Under the pieces are notes generated by a model. The model ran no database searches. It saw only the letters and a program-made list of their open reading frames with translations, and was not told the DNA's origin. A program made the position numbers and the translations under genes. Of a stretch of 64,000 nucleotides of DNA, positions 56,311 through 64,000 are shown piece after piece. Source of the stretch: Phycisphaerales bacterium (lineage in GTDB: Bacteria; Planctomycetota; Phycisphaerae; Phycisphaerales; UBA1924); NCBI GenBank assembly GCA_026982335.1, contig JALSHH010000044.1, positions 85 through 64,084 on the forward strand, written 5' to 3'. Position 1 is the first letter of the stretch, and each line of letters starts with the position of its first letter.

Positions 56311-56477
56311 CCCTCCGATAACCTTCTCAGCCCGAACCATCCACACCACCGGACATTCCATGATTCAACACATCTGCCAATCCTCAACTCGCGGTCGAAA
56401 TCACCCGATCCACCGTCTGTCTCATGCGAAATCGATCTTCAAACCTGTGCATGCCGAACCGCCGGAACACACTTGGG

Positions 56478-57569
56478 ATGAGTGAGCCTGTTTATAGGCA
56501 GCTGCTTTCAAAGCTCGACGAGCTTGCTTTGAAAGCAACGGATACCCCCGCCGATCGCATATACACTCGTCTTGAATACCTCGATCCATATCTCGAACTC
56601 ACACTCGAAACCGCAGACCGATCACGCAGAGAAATCACCGTTGCAACACGCAACATATCCCGAGGCGGGATGTCTGTGCTTCATGCAAGCTTTGTTTATA
56701 CCAATACCCGAATCACTGCCCAGCTCCGAAAGGTTGATGGGAAAACCTCAAGGGTTTCAGGCAAAGTTTGTCGATGCACTCACCGAGGTGGCGTCGTTCA
56801 TGAAATCGGGATTGAGTTTGACCAAGAGATCCTTGTTCAAGAATTCGTCCACCCCGATATCAACAACTCCATCGCCTCACTTGAGGTTGTCGACCCTAAG
56901 AAACTCACTGGAAAAGTGATCTTTGTTGGCACTGATGAAGCGGTCATTCCATTTCTCCGTGAATACCTCATCAATACAAACATGAATTTTGGGTTTGTTA
57001 AGACTGCCAAAGAAGCATTTGAGAAGGGTATCGACCAGTATGCTCTTGTCTTTTCTTGCCTTGATGCTGGTGATATGTCAGGTCCCGAGTTCACCAAGTG
57101 CCTTCGCGAGCAAGGATATCACAATCCCGTCATTCTCTCTGGACAGGTCGAAAATGAGCTTACCAAACAACAGCTCCGGCTTTCAAATGCTGATATGTTC
57201 TTGCCTACACCGATCACTGAGAAGGCGGTCATGTGCGCTCTAGGGGAGTTTCTCCTCACCGAGTGGTCTCACGATGCACTCAAAGCCCTTCGCGCAGAGA
57301 TTGACACGAACACTATTGAATCCATTCGCACAGAGTTGACAAAGCTTGGCATTCTCCTCGAGCAGCAGATTCATGCCGATGACCCGATCAAAATCTATGG
57401 TACCTGCACCAAAATCCGTTCGCTTGCGCCGCTCTTGGGCATGAAAAATCTCCATGGTCTGACCTTGCAAGTTGGAGAGCAAATCGCGGCTTCAGGCGAT
57501 TTGCATCGATTCAGCAAAGAACTCAAATCAATCATGGCGCTCTGCAAATGCGCGCATCAGGCCGCCTAA
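56478..57569 (+). CDS. PilZ + degenerate receiver-like + Hpt-like paralog
   Basis: RIYTR and NISRGG PilZ motifs. The REC-like segment is VIFVGTDEAV...ALVFSCLDAGDMSG...PVILSGQ...FLPTPI. The C-terminal region TKIRSLAPLLGM aligns with the Hpt phospho-His helix but lacks His. Confidence 0.7.
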   Translation: MSEPVYRQLLSKLDELALKATDTPADRIYTRLEYLDPYLELTLETADRSRREITVATRNISRGGMSVLHASFVYTNTRITAQLRKVDGKTSRVSGKVCRCTHRGGVVHEIGIEFDQEILVQEFVHPDINNSIASLEVVDPKKLTGKVIFVGTDEAVIPFLREYLINTNMNFGFVKTAKEAFEKGIDQYALVFSCLDAGDMSGPEFTKCLREQGYHNPVILSGQVENELTKQQLRLSNADMFLPTPITEKAVMCALGEFLLTEWSHDALKALRAEIDTNTIESIRTELTKLGILLEQQIHADDPIKIYGTCTKIRSLAPLLGMKNLHGLTLQVGEQIAASGDLHRFSKELKSIMALCKCAHQAA

Positions 57570-57638
57570 ATCTTTGCTTTCACCCAAGTTCATATACACA
57601 CTCAGGCTTCAGACCGCCCTTGATCTGGTCGATGCTTA

Positions 57639-59600
57639 GTGATGCCGATCCCGTCGGCCTGGTCTTTTATGGTCTTAGGCAGGAACTCCCCGGTGAATGA
57701 ACCTAACAGCAACCATATCCTCAAAAGTATCACCCGTTTTCGTAAACTGGCTATCGGATCCGCTGCTTTTGTCGCAATGCTGGCAGCCATGATGGTGATT
57801 AGTGTCGTCTCGGTTCTCGATGCCACCACCGCAACCAAGATCAGCATCACCGGCCAAAAGCGCTTGCTCGCCCAAAAAATTCTCACCGACGCCATCACCA
57901 TTGACCATGCGATCCAGACTCAACGCTGGAATGATCTTGGACCTGCTTTGAAGGATCTTCAACAATCCATACAAGGTATTCAAGAAGCCCACATTGTTCT
58001 CACCGAGTTTATCCACTGGTCCGGTGCCACCCAAGAACATACCAAAGCAGAGCAAGAGCTGCTTGCCAACATCGCCTTGCCATATCAGGCCATGGTCAAA
58101 TCGGCCGTGGAACTCAACAAGCTGACCATCAGTATTATTCGCAGATCGCCTTACATTGATCAGCTCACACTCGATCGTGTCACCGCTGCCAAAAACGAGA
58201 TCGTCGAATCACACACCAATCTTCTTCCTGGAATCGAAAAAATTGTTTTGCTTGAGGAGCAAAAATATGAATCTGAAATTGAGCAAAGCATTGCCTACGC
58301 CAAGATCGGCATGATTATTCTTCTTGCCATCCTTGCAGCAAATATTCTTTTTATCATTGAACCAACCTTTCTTATCATCCGCCGTCAGCTTCACGAACTC
58401 GACAAAGCAACCAAGCAAGCGGCCCGATCTGATGCTGTTCGGTGGCGTCTGCTTTCGAACATGGGGCACGAGTTCCGCACGCCGATGAATGCCATTGTCG
58501 GATTCACCGATCTGCTCGCAGAAGAAACACTCTCGGAATCCGAGCGTACAAGGCTCATCGAATCAATTTGTGATTCGAGCACCCAACTCACCCATCTCAT
58601 CGAGACCATGCTCGATATGTCTGCCATTGAATCGGGGCAACTTCGCATCACCAATGAGCCATGCAACCTGCACCAAACACTCGAGAAACTCTATAAGAAC
58701 GCCGTTCCACAGGCCAAAGCGAAACAACTCGACCTCACTCTGCACATCGACGAATCTTGCCCGGTTCAGATCGAGACCGACACAAAACGACTTGAACAAA
58801 TCATCTACAACCTCATCAACAATGCCATCAAGTTCACAATCATCGGCCAAATCAACATTTCCGCCAACCGCATCGACACGCCGAATCTCCAAACACTTGA
58901 AATCAAAGTGACCGATACCGGTATTGGAATCAAACCAGAAGATCAACAATCCATATTCGAGCTCTTCACCCAATCCGATGATAACCTCACCCGATCCTTT
59001 GGCGGCGCAGGACTCGGACTCACCGTTTCACGAGAACTCGCACGCGCACTCAACGGCGATATCGCTGTCGAATCCACCCCAGGCGAAGGCGCCACATTCA
59101 CATTGACCATTGGACTCAAAGAAACACCACACCAAAGCACACCACTCAACATCACTGCCAATACCCAACCGGACCAAGCATCGCTTGAATCCATCAAACT
59201 CCTCATCGTCGATGATGCCAAAGACAACCGGGTCCTCCTCAAGCATATCCTCAAAAAAACTGGTGCCATGATTGAACAAGCACATGACGGACAGCAAGCA
59301 ATCGACGCAATCAAGGCGGCCATTAAAAATCAAGCGCCCTTCGATCTCATTCTCATGGATATGCAGATGCCTGTGCTCGATGGGTACCACGCCACTGTTG
59401 AACTCCGAGAACAAGGCATCACTACCCCCATCATTGCCCTGACTGCCCACGCCCTTGATGGCGATCGCGAACACTGCCTTGCTGCTGGATGCGATGAATA
59501 CATGGCCAAGCCAATCAATAAAGACGCCCTCATCGAAACCTGCACACAACTCGTCGCAAAGACAAGTGCATCAAACACACACTTCAAACATGCAGCCTAA
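57639..59600 (+). CDS. Hybrid sensor histidine kinase/response regulator with PilJ/NarX-like periplasmic sensor
   Basis: ITGQKRLLAQKI sensor motif, two TM helices, H-box SNMGHEFRTPMNAI, N/G boxes (NLINNAIKF, DTGIGI, GGAGLGLTVS), then REC (LLIVDDAKDN...LILMDMQMPVLDG...ALTAH...YMAKPI). Confidence 0.92.
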   Translation: MMPIPSAWSFMVLGRNSPVNEPNSNHILKSITRFRKLAIGSAAFVAMLAAMMVISVVSVLDATTATKISITGQKRLLAQKILTDAITIDHAIQTQRWNDLGPALKDLQQSIQGIQEAHIVLTEFIHWSGATQEHTKAEQELLANIALPYQAMVKSAVELNKLTISIIRRSPYIDQLTLDRVTAAKNEIVESHTNLLPGIEKIVLLEEQKYESEIEQSIAYAKIGMIILLAILAANILFIIEPTFLIIRRQLHELDKATKQAARSDAVRWRLLSNMGHEFRTPMNAIVGFTDLLAEETLSESERTRLIESICDSSTQLTHLIETMLDMSAIESGQLRITNEPCNLHQTLEKLYKNAVPQAKAKQLDLTLHIDESCPVQIETDTKRLEQIIYNLINNAIKFTIIGQINISANRIDTPNLQTLEIKVTDTGIGIKPEDQQSIFELFTQSDDNLTRSFGGAGLGLTVSRELARALNGDIAVESTPGEGATFTLTIGLKETPHQSTPLNITANTQPDQASLESIKLLIVDDAKDNRVLLKHILKKTGAMIEQAHDGQQAIDAIKAAIKNQAPFDLILMDMQMPVLDGYHATVELREQGITTPIIALTAHALDGDREHCLAAGCDEYMAKPINKDALIETCTQLVAKTSASNTHFKHAA

Positions 59601-59679
59601 ATCAAGCGACAGTGGATCCTGATGTCTGACACATTGTCCCATCGGTTTTGCTTTCTTGGCCTATTGAGCAAATAACTAC

Positions 59680-60819
59680 TTACTCATTTGGCCAACCATC
59701 TTTGAGGAATCGGCCATCTTTGTGAAAAACCTTACCATCGGCTTCGATCGTGCCCCCGGTCCGCAGATCACAGACCATATCCCAATGCAGCGCCGATTCA
59801 TTATCTGAACCAGACTCTGGATACCCAGCCCCGCATGCAGCATGAAAGGTGCCGCCGATCTTTTCGTCAAAAAGGGTGTTCTTGGAGAACTCTTTGATCG
59901 AGTAGTTGGTCCCGATGGCAATCTCGCCCATGGTGCGTGCGCCTGCATCCTGATCGAGCATGGCTATCAAAAATTCCTCGTTTTTCGTGGCACTGGCGTC
60001 GACGACCTTGTTATCTTTGAAGACCAATCGCACCCCTTCGACCTCTCGACCGTTGTATACGGCTGGGAAGGTGTAGTTGACATGTCCGTCAGCGCCTTGT
60101 GGACCACAGAAGACTTCGCCGTCGGGAAAGTTCTCACTGCCCGAGCAGTTGATCCAAATGGATTTGCTGTGATCAACATTGACACGCAGATCGGTGCCGT
60201 CGTGCCCGTCACGGGCGGGTGCCTTGAAATGAATTTCGTTCTTGGTTTGCAGATAATCACACACGAGCTGTTGTCGTTGGTGGATTTGCTCCCATGCCGC
60301 GACGGAATCGGGTAGATACAAGAGCCCGGCTTCGAAAACAAACTTTTCGTACTGCGTCAGGCTCATCTCAGCATCTTGGGCCGAAGCAAGTGTCGGATAA
60401 AGCGTACCGCACCATCGGAGCTCGCCGTCGGCTGCGCGTTTCATGAACCGGGTCATCTTGGGCGCATTGGCAACACGCTGGCGCGAGACACGCTTGGGAT
60501 CGACCCGCGAGAGGGACTTTGTATTCGTTTCCGCCCAGAATCCGATCTGGACATCAATCGTCTCAACCGTATTCATCACGATCGGATTGAGGAAATCGAG
60601 TTGCTCGTCGCTCGCGTGCTCCATGAAGATATCGGCGAGCGAATCGCCGCGAACTTGCCAAAATGGATGCCCACCCGCTTTGAGAACGGCTTCGAAGGTT
60701 GCCTCAACCATCGGCATGGCGATGGGGTCGGCATTGATCGCGACAAGATCGCCTTTTTTGATCTTGGTTGAGTATTTGACAATTACATCGGCAAGTTTAT
60801 CAAGGCGTTGATCACGCAT
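59680..60819 (-). CDS. M29-family aminopeptidase (AmpS/PepS-like)
   Basis: RLDKLADVIVKYSTKIKKGDLVAI..., NFPDGEVF, and GTFHAACGAGYPESG...HWDMV near the C-terminus. Confidence 0.85.
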   Translation of the reverse strand: MRDQRLDKLADVIVKYSTKIKKGDLVAINADPIAMPMVEATFEAVLKAGGHPFWQVRGDSLADIFMEHASDEQLDFLNPIVMNTVETIDVQIGFWAETNTKSLSRVDPKRVSRQRVANAPKMTRFMKRAADGELRWCGTLYPTLASAQDAEMSLTQYEKFVFEAGLLYLPDSVAAWEQIHQRQQLVCDYLQTKNEIHFKAPARDGHDGTDLRVNVDHSKSIWINCSGSENFPDGEVFCGPQGADGHVNYTFPAVYNGREVEGVRLVFKDNKVVDASATKNEEFLIAMLDQDAGARTMGEIAIGTNYSIKEFSKNTLFDEKIGGTFHAACGAGYPESGSDNESALHWDMVCDLRTGGTIEADGKVFHKDGRFLKDGWPNE

Positions 60820-60959
60820 CACAGACTCCAATCGAACATCTTTTGACTACCGGACCGATTTTTCATGTCCACAGCGAACACGGAGAGGAATCTGGGCCGT
60901 ACAGTTGGGACCGAACTATACCCCCCCATAACTTTCCATCCAATATGGAGTACCGAGAT

Positions 60960-61685
60960 ATGAAATCTGCAACCCACATCCTCACCCTAAGCACCTTGGT
61001 GCTCGGCACCATCCTTGTCACAATGCTGGTTTCACCCGCCGATGCGAACAGACGCCCGGCGATCGAATCCGGTGATATCGCTTTTGTGGATGTTTTTAAA
61101 CTCATCGATCATGCCTTGGTTTCCGAAGAGTCAACCAATGCACGAACCGAGTTCACCGTGGAGTCGAACAAAGTGCTCGATGAACTCCAAAGCCAGCTTG
61201 CCGAGCTCGAATCCCAGCTCTCAACCATGCAACAGGGTGATTCCCAAGCGGCGACAATCTATCAGCAATACCAGTTGATCTCTACCCAGCACGACAATGC
61301 TGCCCAGCAAATCAGTGCTGCCTACCAGATGCTCGTCGCTCAACAACTTGCTTCGGCCTATACCGATATCTACGCAGCTGCCAATGCAATTGGATCGCAG
61401 GAAGGATTTATCTTTGTCTTTGCAACCCGCTCGAATGGCGAGCTCGTCCAGACCAACACCATCGCAGGCGTCACCCAAGAAATCCTCGCACGCCCGTTGA
61501 TGACTCCGCCAGCGGGCGTTGACATCACCGAGCTCGTGCGCATCAAACTTGGATACCCAGAAGAGCTACCAGTCCCTGCCCTCGAACCCCAGACACAAGA
61601 ACCTCAGACACAAGAACCCATCATCGAGCCAGAGGTTGAACCCGTTGAGGAATCCACCGAACCCCCTGCAAGCGAAGATGAGTAA
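60960..61685 (+). CDS. OmpH/Skp-like periplasmic protein with PQTQE-repeat tail
   Basis: Signal/anchor, IAFVDVFKLID, then long Gln-rich coiled helices (ELQSQLAELESQLSTMQQ...) and C-terminal EPQTQEPQTQEP repeats. The family call is tentative. Confidence 0.55.
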   Translation: MKSATHILTLSTLVLGTILVTMLVSPADANRRPAIESGDIAFVDVFKLIDHALVSEESTNARTEFTVESNKVLDELQSQLAELESQLSTMQQGDSQAATIYQQYQLISTQHDNAAQQISAAYQMLVAQQLASAYTDIYAAANAIGSQEGFIFVFATRSNGELVQTNTIAGVTQEILARPLMTPPAGVDITELVRIKLGYPEELPVPALEPQTQEPQTQEPIIEPEVEPVEESTEPPASEDE

Positions 61686-61762
61686 TCAAACTCAAATCAT
61701 TTGGCACAGATCATCCCTGCATATGCTGGGGTGATTTTTGTGGCGTCTGACAACTTCCAGAC

Positions 61763-63220
61763 TCACCCTTCAAGCACGGGCGCAAGAATCTCGATCATCG
61801 GACCGATGTGCTTCTCGTAGTTCTTCCATCGCTGCGTTGAGCTGGTATACATTGGCTGGCGAATCTGGGCTGCACTGGCGGTGTGTACTGCCTTTTTGCT
61901 CTTGTGGAAATCCATACATGCCTGATCGAACGGCAGGTTGATGTGATCGAGCAACGCTCGAATTGACTCTTCCGGGTGCGCTGTTGTTTGCTCATAAACC
62001 GCATCATAAATCGTCAAATCAAAGTGCTCGGTCAAATGCTCCATGACTTTGGTGTACACGAGGTATTGCTTCGCACAAAACTCGATATCCGTTGCATAGG
62101 TCAGGCGCGGCCCAAAGCGTTGAAAGTAAATCGACAAACAAGTATCGATCGGATTGCGCTTACAGTGGATGATATGAGCACCAGGAAGCATCCTCGAAAT
62201 GAACCCGAGATAATAATAATTTTCAGGCATCTTATCACAGACGCGCTTGATTGATTTATCCGGAAAGTGTTCGTTGAGCATCTTAAGATAGGCCTTGCCT
62301 GACTGGTCGACATGGCCCTGATCAAAATCCGTGAGTTCTTTGTCACGCGTAAAGGTTCCGACCAACAAACTTTCTCCAATCCCACCAGCCCAGGGATGTG
62401 ACGCAATGATCTGCTCGGTAAGTGTGGTACCCGACCGGGGCATACCCACAATGAATACTGCCCGTGATCCATCGAGCTCTGAGGAAGGAACCTTTGCAAA
62501 CTGTTCTGGATCCCATCGCTTAATGTATTTTTCAACATCAACATGCGATGGTTCACCACTCATGGTGTTTCCCTTCCGGAAGCATTCGAATGCTTCGTCG
62601 TATTCGCCTGCAGAATCGAGCAGATGCCCGAGCACCATCAGGATGTCCGTTCGGGCAGCCCGTGTTAGTGTTGGGATACCAAGGGCTTTGCGCATCGTAT
62701 CGATCCCTTTTTCGATATATTTGAGTTCTCTGCAAAGTTGACCATAGGTGGCAACGAGCATCGGGTTGAAGTCCTTCTCGAGTGCCTGATCAACCAGTTC
62801 ATAGGCCCGTTGTGATTGCCCGTGTGACTGAAGCAGGCGAGCTTTGGTCATGATCGCACGAGGATAACTCGGTGCAAACTTGAGGGCCTGATCTGCTGCC
62901 TGATGGGCTTTGCGCATTTCATCCATTCTGCGAAGCGCCGATGCCAGATCACAAAGTAAGTCTGGATTTCTAGGATCGAGCTTGCTGGCAAAAGTCAAAT
63001 GCCGAATCGCTTCAACCGGCGAATCGATCATCATCAGCGAATGCCCGAGCATTCGAAGCACCTGCACATCTCGAGGCGACTGTTTGAGCACCTCGCGCAA
63101 CATTCGGATCGCAGCATCATACTGTGACGCCTCAACTAGGCCTCGACAGTTATTGACGGCTTTGTCATATGCGGTCAATACAGGTGTGCCAGATCCAAAT
63201 CCAGAAAACTGAGACATCAT
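61763..63220 (-). CDS. TPR-repeat plus sulfotransferase-domain protein
   Basis: N-terminal TPR units followed by FIVGMPRSGTTLTEQIIASHP (PAPS-binding loop) and a RxxxS-type region. The start is chosen at the MM pair (63220) to avoid overlap with the upstream gene. Confidence 0.8.
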   Translation of the reverse strand: MMSQFSGFGSGTPVLTAYDKAVNNCRGLVEASQYDAAIRMLREVLKQSPRDVQVLRMLGHSLMMIDSPVEAIRHLTFASKLDPRNPDLLCDLASALRRMDEMRKAHQAADQALKFAPSYPRAIMTKARLLQSHGQSQRAYELVDQALEKDFNPMLVATYGQLCRELKYIEKGIDTMRKALGIPTLTRAARTDILMVLGHLLDSAGEYDEAFECFRKGNTMSGEPSHVDVEKYIKRWDPEQFAKVPSSELDGSRAVFIVGMPRSGTTLTEQIIASHPWAGGIGESLLVGTFTRDKELTDFDQGHVDQSGKAYLKMLNEHFPDKSIKRVCDKMPENYYYLGFISRMLPGAHIIHCKRNPIDTCLSIYFQRFGPRLTYATDIEFCAKQYLVYTKVMEHLTEHFDLTIYDAVYEQTTAHPEESIRALLDHINLPFDQACMDFHKSKKAVHTASAAQIRQPMYTSSTQRWKNYEKHIGPMIEILAPVLEG

Positions 63221-63224
63221 CAAA

Positions 63225-64000
63225 TTACGCTCCGTGCTTGGAAAGAAAAGGTGTTGCCCCTTGGGCAAACTCGCCGAGTTGGTCAATCAATGGGCCAAGA
63301 TGCTGCTCATAGTTGCGCCAGCGTTGCTTGCTCGATTGGTAAATTGGGCTGCGCACCTGCACGCTGCTGGCGGTGCTGACATGTGCCCGTGATTCATGAA
63401 AACGCAAGCACTGCTGATCAAACGCGAGTCCAATATGCTCAACCAACGCCCGAGATCTTGGCTCAGGGTCAGCGACGAGCTCCTCGTATAGATTGGGCAA
63501 GATCTCAAGATCGAGCACTTCGTACCAGTGCGCCATCACCCGTTGATAGGCAACAAAGTGCTTGCCAAGCTGGGCAAGGTCACGGGAATAAGGAACATTG
63601 GTACCAAAGTTCTGAAAATAGGAGCTCAAGCAAGTATCAACAGGATCACGCTGACAATGGATCACCTTGGCGTTGGGAAACACTCGGCTGATGAGCCCGA
63701 GTGTCCGCTCGGCACCGATGTGCTTGTCGATCACCCGCGTGATCGATGCATCGACATGCCCATCGCAAAGCTCAATATACTCGCGTGCATACGCATCGAC
63801 CTCTGCGATACCCAGCGAAGTCGGCGAGCGACGGCGAAGCATCTGTATCATCAACGGACACTCGCCTACACCCGCCACCAATGGGTGCGCGATCAAAATT
63901 TGCTCCGTCAGGGTCGTCCCGGTTCTGGGCATTCCGACAATAAATACCGGACGATCAGTTTTGACCGTTGATTGAGGAATCGATTTGAGCATCTCGGGCG
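63225..64000 (-). CDS. Sulfotransferase-domain protein (paralog), probably 5'-truncated by the window edge
   Basis: PVFIVGMPRTGTTLTEQILIAHP and collinearity with the C-terminal half of the 61763..63220 product. The frame stays open to the end of the window. Confidence 0.75.
   Translation of the reverse strand, partial: PEMLKSIPQSTVKTDRPVFIVGMPRTGTTLTEQILIAHPLVAGVGECPLMIQMLRRRSPTSLGIAEVDAYAREYIELCDGHVDASITRVIDKHIGAERTLGLISRVFPNAKVIHCQRDPVDTCLSSYFQNFGTNVPYSRDLAQLGKHFVAYQRVMAHWYEVLDLEILPNLYEELVADPEPRSRALVEHIGLAFDQQCLRFHESRAHVSTASSVQVRSPIYQSSKQRWRNYEQHLGPLIDQLGEFAQGATPFLSKHGA

Noticed and set aside
1-64000. CRISPR arrays, tRNA, rRNA, tmRNA
   Set aside because: The only tandem repeats seen are 7-34 bp units with 2-5 copies and no spacers. 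I saw no cloverleaf-like T-arm (GGTTCGAATCC-type) or rRNA-like stretches in the intergenic regions. This was a manual scan only, so small RNAs could have been missed.

Overview
This is a chromosomal, mostly housekeeping 64-kb segment from a moderately GC-rich bacterium. I recognised typA, ubiE, feoAB, scoA/scoB, nrdR, arsRM, thrS, prfB, valS, a short dcw fragment (rsmH, ftsL-like, ftsI) and gyrB. The gene content suggests Planctomycetota, perhaps Phycisphaerae-like, but this is inference only. The supporting content is six PEP-CTERM-tailed secreted proteins, a DUF1570-like lipoprotein, a 52-aa 'small basic protein' and a dockerin-like lipoprotein. I saw no rRNA, tRNA or CRISPR array. All calls rest on motif recognition by eye in the supplied translations and on reading the DNA. 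No searches or statistics were run, and start codons are best guesses.

The most unusual locus is valS, a single 1295-aa ORF that carries two in-frame selfish-DNA insertions:
- A complete IS200/RAYT-type Y1 (HUH) transposase module sits inside the synthetase. It is bracketed by 29-nt hairpin-forming inverted repeats and has no start or stop codon of its own.
- A decayed copy of an 80-bp palindromic REP/MITE-like element lies further downstream in the gene. An intact copy of the same element sits in the scoA-nrdR intergenic region.

Other points worth a second look:
- Two tandem PilZ + degenerate-receiver + His-less Hpt-like paralogs lie directly upstream of a hybrid histidine kinase.
- A visibly AT-richer two-gene islet has a (TCCTCGT)x5 heptanucleotide repeat in a signal peptide and an A7 tract that splits the second gene.
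- A decayed duplicate of the typA 3' end flanks a 2.7-kb islet carrying a DUF2202 gene and a frameshifted IS5.
- A feoA-feoB cassette sits between scoA and scoB.
- Several short tandem duplications surround the PEP-CTERM paralog genes.
- prfB has the canonical +1 frameshift site.
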